Below are positions 8,107 through 18,143 of a stretch of 32,064 nt of DNA, piece after piece. The position numbers and the translations under genes are program-made. The number at the start of each line of letters is the position of its first letter. Position 1 is the first letter of the stretch. The DNA comes from a virus (lineage: Duplodnaviria > Heunggongvirae > Uroviricota > Caudoviricetes), in IMG/VR virus record IMGVR_UViG_2693429524_000019, positions 1 through 32,064 of that record; one strand, given 5' to 3'. A model generated the notes under the pieces. That model had not been told where the DNA came from. It did no database searches and worked only from the letters and a program-made list of their open reading frames with translations.

Positions 8107-8349
8107 TTAATTACAGTACGTTGTGCCAGTATTGGTCGTCTGGCATTCACGATGTACTGCACTCCCATTAATCGTTCCTGTGGTATACGTAGTACCTGTA
8201 TTGGTTGTATAAGATTCTGTTTTAACTGTAGAACCACTACTGTCTGTACCAGTACAGTAAGTTGTTCCTGTATTTGAAGTGGTGCATGTTACCGCAGCCA
8301 CAGAAGACAAAGTCACAAAATATACCAGTAATAAGATCCATTTAAGCAT
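8107..8349 (-). CDS. small secreted Thr/Gly-rich cysteine-containing repeat protein, moron
   Basis: 80 aa from ATG at 8349 (overlaps the stop of the upstream baseplate gene); signal peptide MLKWILLLVYFVTLSSVAA; mature part has TNTGTTY(C/T) repeated three to four times; AT-rich codon usage. Confidence 0.5.
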   Translation of the reverse strand: MLKWILLLVYFVTLSSVAAVTCTTSNTGTTYCTGTDSSGSTVKTESYTTNTGTTYTTGTINGSAVHRECQTTNTGTTYCN

Positions 8350-9382
8350 TTGGTACCCCACTTATTTTCGCTATCGTATCAGGAGTGAGTAAACTTTTAC
8401 TCCCTTTAGCCAGGCAAAGCAGGTCCATATACCACGCCTGCCCTCGGGTGTCGCCAGTATAATCAATGCTGCCCACAATGTAATCACCGTCAGTATTAAT
8501 ACTGGCAGGCTGTGACATGCCTGGCAGACCGTTAACGTAGAGATTACCGTCGCTTTCAGACTCACCCAGTCGTGCTGGCGATTTCGCTACCTGGTCATTA
8601 CTCAAAGAGGCACGGTATACAGATGCCTGATCCAGACGAATAAGCCCACCGAGCTTAATATTTGGATTAATCAGACATCTGACATTTACGCCCGCTCCCA
8701 TTGTCTGCTGTGGCATACCGATAAGCCCGGTGTTAGCATTCAACACCGTAGCAACACCAATATATTTATCTTCAGGAACAATATTTACCAGATTATTTTC
8801 ATACCACCAGTTAGCTTTACACTGCCCTGCGATATGATTCATCAACCTTGATGTGTTTTGATAAACAACGCGACCCCGGGGAAATACCGTTTCCGGCATG
8901 TCAGGAACTGCACCGGATTCGATTCCATATGGTTCGAATGATTTCATACCCAGACTGAAAAGATCGCTGTACTTCCAGCCAGCTGCCACTGTGGTTTTCA
9001 CACTTGCGTTCAGGTGGCCTTCCCAGCTGTCAATACACTGCAACATGATCCAACTGTCTGTGGCATTATCTTTACCAGTGACAGTAAAACGGATATCTCC
9101 ATTGAATATCATACCAACGTTTTCATCAGGATAATTACCTGCTGCATCCGGTTGCCCCTTGTATCCGGCAATAACCTGTATACGCGAAAACTCCTTCTGC
9201 ATAATCCGGTTCTGAGTGGTAGGAGACAGGTTATAAACCTTAAAATTTCCAACAAATCCATTAAATATGGTCGCAGGCATTTTCTGAATATTGAAAGTGA
9301 CTTTAAGCTCAGAAATTTTTATCCCGTCTCCCTTATCATCAACAAGCAATAATTCAAAGTGACGCATCCAGTTTTTCGACAT
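8342..9382 (-). CDS. baseplate hub / tail protein (Mu gp44 / P-like)
   Basis: 346 aa, SD GGAG upstream, position after two small tail genes downstream of the tape measure. Confidence 0.5.
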   Translation of the reverse strand: MSKNWMRHFELLLVDDKGDGIKISELKVTFNIQKMPATIFNGFVGNFKVYNLSPTTQNRIMQKEFSRIQVIAGYKGQPDAAGNYPDENVGMIFNGDIRFTVTGKDNATDSWIMLQCIDSWEGHLNASVKTTVAAGWKYSDLFSLGMKSFEPYGIESGAVPDMPETVFPRGRVVYQNTSRLMNHIAGQCKANWWYENNLVNIVPEDKYIGVATVLNANTGLIGMPQQTMGAGVNVRCLINPNIKLGGLIRLDQASVYRASLSNDQVAKSPARLGESESDGNLYVNGLPGMSQPASINTDGDYIVGSIDYTGDTRGQAWYMDLLCLAKGSKSLLTPDTIAKISGVPNA

Positions 9383-9384
9383 TG

Positions 9385-9687
9385 TTACTCCGTGAAAACA
9401 TAGAGGTGTGAGAGCGTTCCAAGATCGAATTGCGTCGGATTCTCCTGCCCTGCCACATCGCAGAGCACCACCAGAGAAAAACCCAGATCCATATATCGAT
9501 ACTGTGCCAGCAGGTCAGCCCCCGTAATCATCGGTATACCTGATATAATGGCGGAGCCATTGCTGTCAGCAAGATCCAGAACCCAGTACTCGCCTCGCCA
9601 GATGACAGACAGGTGATAAACCGAACCGTTAATTGTGGTGGCAAAAGTCTGATTGTCAGCAACCAGTGGGATTTCTACGGCTTTCAT
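9385..9687 (-). CDS. small tail/baseplate protein
   Basis: 100 aa, tightly packed in the tail operon. Confidence 0.4.
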   Translation of the reverse strand: MKAVEIPLVADNQTFATTINGSVYHLSVIWRGEYWVLDLADSNGSAIISGIPMITGADLLAQYRYMDLGFSLVVLCDVAGQENPTQFDLGTLSHLYVFTE

Positions 9688-9690
9688 GAA

Positions 9691-10341
9691 TCACCTTCCC
9701 AGAAATAAATTGCTCAAATACCCATCAACAGTGGAGATACCTTCTTGCGCCATCTGTGGCAGCGATTTCAGAATGGAATTATTCGGCGGCACCGTTGTTT
9801 TGGTGCCTGTATTCTGCACAGCAGACGTTCCGACTCCCTCGGTCATATTGTTTTTCGGGGCAACCCTGACTGACTGCGTGGAGGTAATAATTACTTCCCT
9901 GAGGGTAAGTGTCGCCAGAAGCACATTTTCACTACTCTTATCGGTCGTAACCTCCAGCGTTTTTATCAACATATTGTTGTAAATACGCTTGCCGGTTGTC
10001 ACATCGAAAGGAATACGATTCCGCTGCAGGTTAAGCAGTTCCTGATACAGTTCTTTCGGGCTCAGCCCCAGTAAACTGGTAGCCGTCAGGTTACTGGCAA
10101 AATCAAGCAGCGATCCGCCTCCGGAAAAACCGGTTTCCATCACAACCTCAGAAGGGCGCCTGAATGCGTGTTCTGATATATAACCAGCGCCCTCACCACT
10201 GGCACCAGCATTCGTGGGCTGTTCAACCGGATGTTCCGTAATTTCCAGGGCGTCAGTGTGCTTTTCGGTAATAACCACATCAGGAATAATGATTCCTATT
10301 GAGCGGGTTCGCTGCTGCAGTAAAACAGATAAAAAGTCCAT
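9691..10341 (-). CDS. tail protein following the tape measure (DNA-circulation N-like)
   Basis: 216 aa, ATG overlaps the tape measure stop. Confidence 0.4.
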   Translation of the reverse strand: MDFLSVLLQQRTRSIGIIIPDVVITEKHTDALEITEHPVEQPTNAGASGEGAGYISEHAFRRPSEVVMETGFSGGGSLLDFASNLTATSLLGLSPKELYQELLNLQRNRIPFDVTTGKRIYNNMLIKTLEVTTDKSSENVLLATLTLREVIITSTQSVRVAPKNNMTEGVGTSAVQNTGTKTTVPPNNSILKSLPQMAQEGISTVDGYLSNLFLGR

Positions 10342-12347
10342 TACGCAGGTCCTTTCAATTGCTGTACCGCCCTGGCATTTACAGCCCCCTGCTTGTCAGC
10401 GATCAGATTAGCCGCCTCCTGAGGGTTGTTAACTCCATGAACATTTATAACAGTCTGCTGGTTAAGGCTGCCAGCGGCGGCCTGATACGCCAGCGGGCTG
10501 TTCCAGTTTGAATAACCTTCTTTGCGCGCCATCGACTGCATCAATGCTCCCATAGTCTGGGGATCTGTAAGATTCAATATTGCATTCGGTGATACTCCCA
10601 TCCATTTCGCAACATCCTGTGCATACTTTTTCGGATCGTTGTTATCACCTGCCGGGGCCCAGGTACTGACAATATCCTGAATAGTCTGTAATGCTCGTCC
10701 GGTTGTTTTCCCGGTAAAGTAACGCATGAGCTGGTTTTTCATCGCCTCCCAGCCCTCAAGAGCTGATTCGAAAAACCGGAACCCTTTACCGCTCACCGGG
10801 CGAATGTTCCCGGGGTTATTGTTGCGATCAGCAAGAGTACCGCCGCCGGGGATGTCGGGCTGGACGTTGGAGCCATGCACTACACCGTTACTCTGTCCCT
10901 GCCGGATAACTTTACCGGGTCCCCCGTGCAACCAGTCCATCCACGCAGGCCATTCACGGACCTCACTGACATCCCTGCGTCCGATATCTGTTTTTATACC
11001 AATAGCAGCCAGCGTGTCGCCGATAATTCGCTTCGTATACCTCAGTGAAGATTTTGCGCTATCGGCAATATTTTCTCTGTCACTAACAATATAGCCCGCG
11101 TAAAGCGCCCACAATTTAAGCCAGGGTGGGACCGGTAAACCTGATATTTTTCCGAAAGCCCCCAGAACCTTGGATACCCAGACACCCGCGATGAATGTAC
11201 CGAGGATTTCCAGTGCATTTTGCCAGCCGCCAACACCATCTTTTAGTTCCAGAAGGTGATCACGAAGCCAGGTGATCGCATCCTTCGCTTTATCTATTGC
11301 CGGTTGCCATTTTTCCCAGTCGATAAGACTGTTACCGCCTTCTTTCCATGTTTTGTAGTCTTCCCACAAGAGACCGAGAGCCACGATCAGACCGGTAATC
11401 AGCCTTATAGGTGACATCCAGAAAGTAGAGTTAAGTATCCGCATGGCGACAACCAGGCCCCCGATAACCTCTATCAGGGTTTTCGTTTCGGCATCCAGTT
11501 TCCCCCACCACTCGATGATATCGCCGACACCATCGACTATCCGAAATGCTACCCGCCCGACTATCTCACCCAGCCAGAGGATCCCCTTTATGACCTTTGT
11601 GATGGTGACTTCAATTTTGGGAAAATTTTCAATTATCTTTTTGCGCAGGTTATCAATCTGCCCCGCCAGTCCGTCCGCAAGATTCGATCCGATTTTGTCC
11701 CGCGCCATCCCGGCCATTTCACCGAGCGATTTCAGCGAGGTCATAAACCGGTTTGACGATAAGGCAGCCTGATCGGCATTAAATCCGATCGCTTTCACCA
11801 TTTCTGAATACTGAGCGCTGAACTGCCCCACACCACGACGCATGGCCATCAGGGTATTTTCGTCAATGCCCAGCATCTGCGCATACTGGTTAGCCCGGTA
11901 ATACGGCATACCGCTGAGCTTCTGGCCTACACCTGTAAAAATAGCGGCCATGTCACGCATGTTGCCGCTGGCATCACGGGTCTGTACGCCCAGGCGATTC
12001 AGAAAGCCTTCTGCTCCGGGATTGTTACGAATAAACCGGGAGAGGCTTTCCAGAGAAGATCGCGCAGCGTCCACACTGCCGCCAACCTGCGAAACCGCAT
12101 AGCCAATAGACTGAATTCCCTGGACTGTCGCGCCGGTGCGCTGTGACGCCCAGTAAAGATTATCCAGGCCGGAGGCGATCTTAGCCGTGAAGGCCACCAC
12201 GGACAGCGCAGCTCCTTCAACGGCCAGTCCCATTTTGATGACATTTGCAGTTGTACCGGCGAGGACAGAACCGAACTTTTTCGCTCCTGCATCATCCACA
12301 CTGAAGCCAAGCGAGACGAGGAAATCTTTAATAGTTTCAGCGTTCAT
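10341..12347 (-). CDS. tail tape measure protein
   Basis: ~668 aa from ATG at 12347 (strong SD GGAGAGAGGA; track start at 12368 is TTG); long helical N-terminal part, hydrophobic segments, C-terminal domain typical of tape measure proteins. Confidence 0.75.
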   Translation of the reverse strand: MNAETIKDFLVSLGFSVDDAGAKKFGSVLAGTTANVIKMGLAVEGAALSVVAFTAKIASGLDNLYWASQRTGATVQGIQSIGYAVSQVGGSVDAARSSLESLSRFIRNNPGAEGFLNRLGVQTRDASGNMRDMAAIFTGVGQKLSGMPYYRANQYAQMLGIDENTLMAMRRGVGQFSAQYSEMVKAIGFNADQAALSSNRFMTSLKSLGEMAGMARDKIGSNLADGLAGQIDNLRKKIIENFPKIEVTITKVIKGILWLGEIVGRVAFRIVDGVGDIIEWWGKLDAETKTLIEVIGGLVVAMRILNSTFWMSPIRLITGLIVALGLLWEDYKTWKEGGNSLIDWEKWQPAIDKAKDAITWLRDHLLELKDGVGGWQNALEILGTFIAGVWVSKVLGAFGKISGLPVPPWLKLWALYAGYIVSDRENIADSAKSSLRYTKRIIGDTLAAIGIKTDIGRRDVSEVREWPAWMDWLHGGPGKVIRQGQSNGVVHGSNVQPDIPGGGTLADRNNNPGNIRPVSGKGFRFFESALEGWEAMKNQLMRYFTGKTTGRALQTIQDIVSTWAPAGDNNDPKKYAQDVAKWMGVSPNAILNLTDPQTMGALMQSMARKEGYSNWNSPLAYQAAAGSLNQQTVINVHGVNNPQEAANLIADKQGAVNARAVQQLKGPA

Positions 12348-12977
12348 TATCCTCTCTCCATTTCTCAATGCGCCGCTGGTTATCTGCTTTTACCGCCAGA
12401 TGGTCATTCAAGAGAGCAATGTCATACAAATCGACAGAGCCATCTTTAAGTGCTGTATAGGGAATTAACCCGGCGTCAACCGGATTGAGAAGGTAGGACA
12501 GCCCGTCCGGCAGGCTGTTAAACGTCAGCCCTGTTGCAGGCTCTGCGTCGTGCTGGTAAGGGGTGTAGGCAAAAAATTTCCCAGCGAATCGGCGACCACC
12601 CGCGCCACCAGCTGCAGCATGACCAGCAGGTCAATATCATCAAACATCAGTTCGCCCTGAGTAAATACCGGAACCCATCCGTCCATATGACGCCGCGATA
12701 CCACCGCAAGACAGGGATGAATAATCGCATCGGTGTCATCTTCGGTCAGGGAAGACAGTTCCTCAGCGATACGCGGGAGCATGGTTTCAAACACCGGTTT
12801 TAACTGCTCTAATTTCACGGTGTCGATTTTGCCATCAGCAGGCAAACGGGAGCGAATGCTCCCGAAATCTGACATCATTCCCGCCAGTACTGGCAGAAGT
12901 TTGCGGGTCACTTTCAGCTGGTCAAAAACGCTGAGTTTTGCCGCGCGATATTTCACGCCTTTAATTTCGAATTCCAT
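12337..12977 (-). CDS. tail assembly chaperone, predicted -1 frameshift-extended product
   Basis: slippery heptamer T TTT TTG at minus-strand 12576..12570; the -1 frame stays open about 78 codons to a TGA at 12337, just past the tape measure start. Confidence 0.45.
12525..12977 (-). CDS. tail assembly chaperone (frame-0 product)
   Basis: 150 aa, located between tail tube and tape measure genes. Confidence 0.6.
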   Translation of the reverse strand: MEFEIKGVKYRAAKLSVFDQLKVTRKLLPVLAGMMSDFGSIRSRLPADGKIDTVKLEQLKPVFETMLPRIAEELSSLTEDDTDAIIHPCLAVVSRRHMDGWVPVFTQGELMFDDIDLLVMLQLVARVVADSLGNFLPTPLTSTTQSLQQG

Positions 12978-12980
12978 GTA

Positions 12981-13421
12981 TTAAAACTCCCCGAGAACCT
13001 GGTCAATCTTGCCACAGTCAAACACCCACGGCATCGTATTACCGGTTTTAGCGTTAGCGTTATCCGGTTGTTTCTGGAACGCAACACTGCGTGCTGTGAT
13101 GATGTCGCCGCTGACCTTGTTGCGGATCACGATAACGTTATTCCCCCATGTGGCAGAAGACTGGCTCTGTGCGTTATACGCCAGCGACAATTTTTTATTT
13201 GTCGGTGATGTCTTCAGAAGGTTAACGGTAATCGTCCCGCTTTTATCTGCATGGAGACTGTGCATCACTTCGCCATCAGCACCGATGGTCATGGTGTTTT
13301 TAGGACCGCCCATCGCAACCACAATCCCCTCTTCAGAACTTGCAGAACCGTACCCGAGGTCAATCGAACCGGTCGGCCCGGTCAGCGTCGCAGTGACATC
13401 CATAAAAGAATAGGTAGACAT
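12981..13421 (-). CDS. tail tube protein
   Basis: 146 aa, directly downstream of sheath gene. Confidence 0.6.
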   Translation of the reverse strand: MSTYSFMDVTATLTGPTGSIDLGYGSASSEEGIVVAMGGPKNTMTIGADGEVMHSLHADKSGTITVNLLKTSPTNKKLSLAYNAQSQSSATWGNNVIVIRNKVSGDIITARSVAFQKQPDNANAKTGNTMPWVFDCGKIDQVLGEF

Positions 13422-13431
13422 TCACTTCCCC

Positions 13432-14577
13432 TTAGCGAACAACGTTAATCTGTACGTCAGCGTAATGAACCGCGCCTGCAAGTTTTATTGCAGCCTGAAT
13501 CACCGGAGCCTTACGGGCTTCACGTTCTGATTGTGCCTGTTCATCCAGCGGCTGGGCGTATACGTAATAACCTTTGGGCAGTGTGTCACCTGATGACAAC
13601 TGACCAAGGTCGCCCCCGTTCCATACGCCCGAAGCAATCAGTCCATTCTGAACGGTCTGATCCAGTGATTTTTCAACATTTGATAACAGTCGGGTAATAC
13701 CGGCTTCAGTCTGGGGAACTTTCGTGGTGCTGGTATAAAGCAGGTTATAGAGGTTGGTCTGCACATAATTCTGTAACCAGTCCAGGCCGTGGCGTTCATC
13801 AAAGAAATCGCCGTTAGCCATCACTCCCTGCTGGAGGATAGCTGTATCATTCTGGTAGTACACGAACACATTGCAGTTTTTTGCATCAAGTGCCGATGCC
13901 TGGCTGACTGTCAGTGTTTCATACCCAACACCCGGCTCCTGCTTAAACTTGAGCGTAATCGCGGTATTACTGCCATTGAAATTAACCGTGAATGCCCGGC
14001 CAAATGCAGATAACGCAGCGTATTTATTACCCGATGAATATTGAATAAAACTGCGTGAATATCCGGCGGTTTTCAGTTTTGATGCCAAATCATCACTGGA
14101 TGCAGTCTGCAGGCATTTCTCATCGCTTGTCGTAATCGCCAGAATACGGCTTACAGAAGAGGATTCGATCGCCGCAGCCACTTTCAGCCAGTCTGCATCC
14201 GGAATATCTTCATCGTCTGCAATCCCCAGCCCATACCATGAAGTATAATCGAGCATGGCATTCACAGCCTGCTCCAGCGTCTCAGTCGTGGCCTGTTCGC
14301 TGTCTCCCCTCGTTTTCACCCAACGACCAACAAAAACCTCCTGAGGTTTCGGTGATTGTGAGAAAAACACCTGCGCAGCCTTATATTCTGGTGATTCCAC
14401 GCCAAAATCTTTTCCAATATCTTCCGCGGCAGAATAACGGCGAATGCGCTCACTTACCGGAATGATTGTGGACGGGCCGAGAATGAGTAATGCACCAAAA
14501 TTTCGCCCTGATGCTGCACGCGGCGACATGATCACATCAACATTAACAACGTTTGATACAGGCAAGCCCTGTGCCAT
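13432..14577 (-). CDS. contractile tail sheath protein
   Basis: 381 aa, size and position upstream of the tube gene. Confidence 0.65.
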   Translation of the reverse strand: MAQGLPVSNVVNVDVIMSPRAASGRNFGALLILGPSTIIPVSERIRRYSAAEDIGKDFGVESPEYKAAQVFFSQSPKPQEVFVGRWVKTRGDSEQATTETLEQAVNAMLDYTSWYGLGIADDEDIPDADWLKVAAAIESSSVSRILAITTSDEKCLQTASSDDLASKLKTAGYSRSFIQYSSGNKYAALSAFGRAFTVNFNGSNTAITLKFKQEPGVGYETLTVSQASALDAKNCNVFVYYQNDTAILQQGVMANGDFFDERHGLDWLQNYVQTNLYNLLYTSTTKVPQTEAGITRLLSNVEKSLDQTVQNGLIASGVWNGGDLGQLSSGDTLPKGYYVYAQPLDEQAQSEREARKAPVIQAAIKLAGAVHYADVQINVVR

Positions 14578-14580
14578 AGC

Positions 14581-15189
14581 TTAATCTCCGAAAAAGATGA
14601 CTGGTGCTTCCACCAGCGATTTAATACCGTACTCGCGCACAACCTTCCGGCGCAGACGCACCGTCATATCGTAGCGGCGGACCCATTGCTGATTAATAAG
14701 TTCAGGGAAGGGAGTCAGACCTGTGTAATCGCCAAGAGACAGCCCCAGCGCATTCAGTGCTGCGTTGTTCTGCGGTACAGATATACCGTCACGAAACCGG
14801 GACGCATACACCATCCCCGCCGGACCATAAAACGAAGCCATACACTCAATCGTTTCATGCCGCCAGAGCTGAGAGCCATCATCGGTCTGTCTGGTGAATG
14901 CCGGACTGTCATCACCTGACCATCCGATAACCCCAAACGCACACCAGTTCGTTTCAACCGGTAGCAGTGGCGGCTGCTCTTTCTGCCAGCGCGGGCGAAC
15001 CATCCCGGCAGACAGACCGGAAACGTTACGCATCCACTGGCTTAACAGCCTGTCGAGCGCTTCGTCATAATCCGGATCGCCACTGGTTGGTATTAACCAT
15101 CCGCGCTCTGTGCTGGTGTTATTGCTCAACCGGAATTCCCCCATCAAACGGCAGCAACTCACAATGCGCCTGAACGAATCCGGCACCAT
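14581..15189 (-). CDS. tail completion / sheath-terminator-like protein
   Basis: 202 aa; true start uncertain (overlaps upstream gene by 71 nt if ATG at 15189 is used). Confidence 0.35.
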   Translation of the reverse strand: MVPDSFRRIVSCCRLMGEFRLSNNTSTERGWLIPTSGDPDYDEALDRLLSQWMRNVSGLSAGMVRPRWQKEQPPLLPVETNWCAFGVIGWSGDDSPAFTRQTDDGSQLWRHETIECMASFYGPAGMVYASRFRDGISVPQNNAALNALGLSLGDYTGLTPFPELINQQWVRRYDMTVRLRRKVVREYGIKSLVEAPVIFFGD

Positions 15190-15508
15190 ACGCTGTATAT
15201 GGGTCGACGAAAGTCACACGATAATCACGGCCCTGATACGTCACGATATCGGCATCACGGCCAGTCTGTCCCTGCGTCAGTCGCTCAGTCGTCACAATCA
15301 GAATTGCACCGCTGATCACCTGCCCTGCCTGCATACGGCGGTTTTCCAGAGAGCGATCAACAGTTACGACTCCGGCAAACTGCTTTTTAACTTCGCTGTC
15401 GCTGCCGATCCCGTCCTCATCCACCGTTTGCACTCGGCATGTTACCCACAAATTGAAGTCGCAAAAATCGGGGTCAAAAAGCACATCTGTTACATCAAGA
15501 GTCGGCAT
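15119..15508 (-). CDS. head-tail connector (neck) protein
   Basis: 129 aa, position between head and tail modules. Confidence 0.35.
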   Translation of the reverse strand: MPTLDVTDVLFDPDFCDFNLWVTCRVQTVDEDGIGSDSEVKKQFAGVVTVDRSLENRRMQAGQVISGAILIVTTERLTQGQTGRDADIVTYQGRDYRVTFVDPYTAYGAGFVQAHCELLPFDGGIPVEQ

Positions 15509-16049
15509 TTTTATCCCTCACAACATGGGTAATCGCTCTGCGATATTGCCCGGTGTCGATTAGCGGTTTCACCAGATCGGTTCCAGGAGACTCACCAGCA
15601 GCGCGCCGCGCAAGTTCCGCTTTTGCCCCTTTGCGCCCTCGACGTGCACGGGCTTCAACAGTGCTGTCAGCAAGCGGCGTAAAGCCGGTAATAGTCATGT
15701 AACACCTGACGCCATTAGCGGCCAGCGTTCCGGCACGGTTGAGTGCGCGTTCCGCACCCGACGCATTACCATCAAGCGCAGCCTGCGCCGCTGCTTTGAG
15801 CTGCGGCACTGTCTGTCCCTCTACCGATTTAACGCCGGGGGTCAGGTGCGGGCGTGGGGGGATGTTTTGCGCTGGTGAGCCGTATTCGTTGACATAGCCG
15901 ATCCCGGCATTACCAAACGGAACATCTTCACGCTCGCTGTCTTCCGAAGGGATGCCGACCAGCACATCCTTTTTGGTTAGCGACCTGAGCGCATCCAGAA
16001 TGGCCTGAGCGTTATCCACCCTCGTTGTTACACCGCTTTTGAAGCTCAT
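15495..16049 (-). CDS. head-tail joining / head completion protein
   Basis: 184 aa, overlaps neighbours. Confidence 0.35.
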   Translation of the reverse strand: MSFKSGVTTRVDNAQAILDALRSLTKKDVLVGIPSEDSEREDVPFGNAGIGYVNEYGSPAQNIPPRPHLTPGVKSVEGQTVPQLKAAAQAALDGNASGAERALNRAGTLAANGVRCYMTITGFTPLADSTVEARARRGRKGAKAELARRAAGESPGTDLVKPLIDTGQYRRAITHVVRDKNADS

Positions 16050-16453
16050 AGCTGGCGACCGCCTGCACCAAACATCGTGATCAACTGATAAAATTCAGCG
16101 CCATATCGGGTGTTATTCCAGAAACCTGCATCAGGATTCAGCGTCGCGCTGGTGTCATAACTGACGCTTACCTTATCCACGGACTTTGAGGACTGAACAC
16201 CATTGGTTGAACCGCCAGGGCCGCCAACCAGCATCGCCCGGCTGTCTGCCGCCCAGAGCGTCATGTAGTGTGCAACGAACAACCCGGCAAAGTACGGAAA
16301 CAACTTTTTGCCGGTGACGTTTTCGCTCAGCAGTTCATCGGCCAGATTCAGACGAAACTGGATTTGCGCTTCGGGATATTTGGCAGGGTCAGCAAACTGC
16401 GGGAAGTCGCGGCGAAAATCACTTACCGCTGGCAGACTTTGATTCTTTGGCAT
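16046..16453 (-). CDS. phage head-proximal structural protein
   Basis: 135 aa, coupled. Confidence 0.35.
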   Translation of the reverse strand: MPKNQSLPAVSDFRRDFPQFADPAKYPEAQIQFRLNLADELLSENVTGKKLFPYFAGLFVAHYMTLWAADSRAMLVGGPGGSTNGVQSSKSVDKVSVSYDTSATLNPDAGFWNNTRYGAEFYQLITMFGAGGRQL

Positions 16454-16640
16454 TTTTTACCTCGTTACGCGCGTCTGTAGCTTTGCCAACGGATACTTCC
16501 GCGTGCGCACGAGTGAACCAGTGCGTGGCAACGTCTTCCTCCACTGCATGACGGCCTTTAACAAACTCGCGCCGAGAACCGTCGGGAAGCGTGAGCACAA
16601 ACGGGGTATGTACGTGTATTACTGCATTATTTTTTGCCAT
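16419..16640 (-). CDS. small phage protein downstream of major capsid gene
   Basis: 73 aa from ATG at 16640 with SD AAGGATGA; the longer track ORF overlaps the capsid gene in another frame. Confidence 0.35.
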   Translation of the reverse strand: MAKNNAVIHVHTPFVLTLPDGSRREFVKGRHAVEEDVATHWFTRAHAEVSVGKATDARNEVKNAKESKSASGK

Positions 16641-16680
16641 CGGGTCATCCTTAATGGCCCCGCCAGGGGCCATGTGGCTG

Positions 16681-17622
16681 TTAAATGCCATCAACGTACG
16701 AAATGGTTTCTTTGTACACTGGCTCGACTGCACCCAGCTTGCCGTAGTAAGTGACGATCTGATACAGACCGCGATACTGCACCGGCACGCTCTGAAGCGG
16801 AACCAGCGGGTAGCGGACGTATTTTTTATCGTTGGTGTACGCAACCATGCGATCCTTATTCCCCACACCACGGCCTTTCAGCCATTTAACCGCGCGGATA
16901 TTCAGCGGAACACCGTTCTGGTGATAGCTGATGGTGTTGGTCTGAAGGTACGTCAACAGGGACTGGTTACCCGCAGATGAAACGATGATGCTGGACAACA
17001 GAGCAAACTGCTCAGGCGGGATCAGCAAATCACGCGGAACCACAGAGTAACCGGAAGCGGCCCACGCATCAGACAGCACCTGGTTAATGCTTGCGCGGAT
17101 TTCGTCCGGTGTTGAGGTTGCCCACGTTTTGGCAGCGTTGTTGACAGGCACACCGTCCAGGGTAACAAGGCCTTTCAGGTTTAATGCAGAATCGCCAACA
17201 TATACCTGTTCATCGTTATCCATCTGCCATTTCAGTTGCATACCGTCATACTTCTGCGTATCAATCGGGCGGCCGACCTGCTGAGCAGCCTGCAATTCTA
17301 TGACCGTCCAGCCAAGTTCCATCCCCCACAGGTTCAGCGGGTTACCGGATTTGCCGATATCCACGTTCACGCCAGCAATAGCGGTTGAGTCTTTGCCTAC
17401 CCAGTTTTTGCCATTCGGATTTGCACCAGTACCCGCAGCGGCGAAGCTGGTATTCGTCCAGCTGGAAATGTCATCTGCGATGGAGACATCTTCACGCAGT
17501 TGAATATCGCGGGTCCAGGTGTACCCCACCAGTGGCAGGTTCAGCGTCTGGTCGAGTCGCTCCAGCTCCCCGATGAGAAAGGCACCAGAGCTGTCAACGG
17601 TTGCCTGATCAAAAGTAATCAT
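16681..17622 (-). CDS. major capsid protein
   Basis: 313 aa, position after protease/scaffold and decoration-like genes. Confidence 0.65.
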   Translation of the reverse strand: MITFDQATVDSSGAFLIGELERLDQTLNLPLVGYTWTRDIQLREDVSIADDISSWTNTSFAAAGTGANPNGKNWVGKDSTAIAGVNVDIGKSGNPLNLWGMELGWTVIELQAAQQVGRPIDTQKYDGMQLKWQMDNDEQVYVGDSALNLKGLVTLDGVPVNNAAKTWATSTPDEIRASINQVLSDAWAASGYSVVPRDLLIPPEQFALLSSIIVSSAGNQSLLTYLQTNTISYHQNGVPLNIRAVKWLKGRGVGNKDRMVAYTNDKKYVRYPLVPLQSVPVQYRGLYQIVTYYGKLGAVEPVYKETISYVDGI

Positions 17623-17633
17623 TCGTCTGTTCC

Positions 17634-18140
17634 TTAAATCTTCCAGGAAATTTCTGCATTGCCGTCAGCATCACCGGCACCTGTGAATTCAGCGTTGGTC
17701 AGCACCACGTTTTTGCCACTGACTGACGTGGCCATGAATCCACCCAGCGGCACTTTGATGGATTCATCAGTGGAGACGACAACGTATACCGGGTCGCCTT
17801 TTTTGATGGTGCTGGCATCAAAATCAGAACCGAGATTAACGGTCACGTAGCCACGCTTCATGGCGTCGCCCGGGAAGTTCTTGCCAGTCCCCACCTGGCG
17901 AACCATGTCCGGCTGCGAAGTGGTCGGATAAGGGCGCACGTAGATCCCCTTCACCTTGTCTGCGGTATCACCATCTGCCAGCGGCACGAAAAAACCGTCA
18001 TCATCGTATTTACCAGCCAGGCCATAGGCAGCGAAGGCGTTATCGGATTTAAGGACCACCGGTTCGACGGTTAAGTCCTGCGGGCGAGAGACGGCCCCGG
18101 CAATGCCAACAGGCATCCGGTACAGAAATACATTATTCAT
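17634..18140 (-). CDS. putative head decoration / capsid-associated protein
   Basis: 168 aa between scaffold/protease and major capsid genes. Confidence 0.3.
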   Translation of the reverse strand: MNNVFLYRMPVGIAGAVSRPQDLTVEPVVLKSDNAFAAYGLAGKYDDDGFFVPLADGDTADKVKGIYVRPYPTTSQPDMVRQVGTGKNFPGDAMKRGYVTVNLGSDFDASTIKKGDPVYVVVSTDESIKVPLGGFMATSVSGKNVVLTNAEFTGAGDADGNAEISWKI

Positions 18141-18143
18141 TTT

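Noticed and set aside
10726-11094. 122-aa plus-strand ORF inside the tape measure gene, along with other plus-strand ORFs across the structural region
   Set aside because: All lie antisense to long, tightly coupled minus-strand genes and lack ribosome-binding sites.
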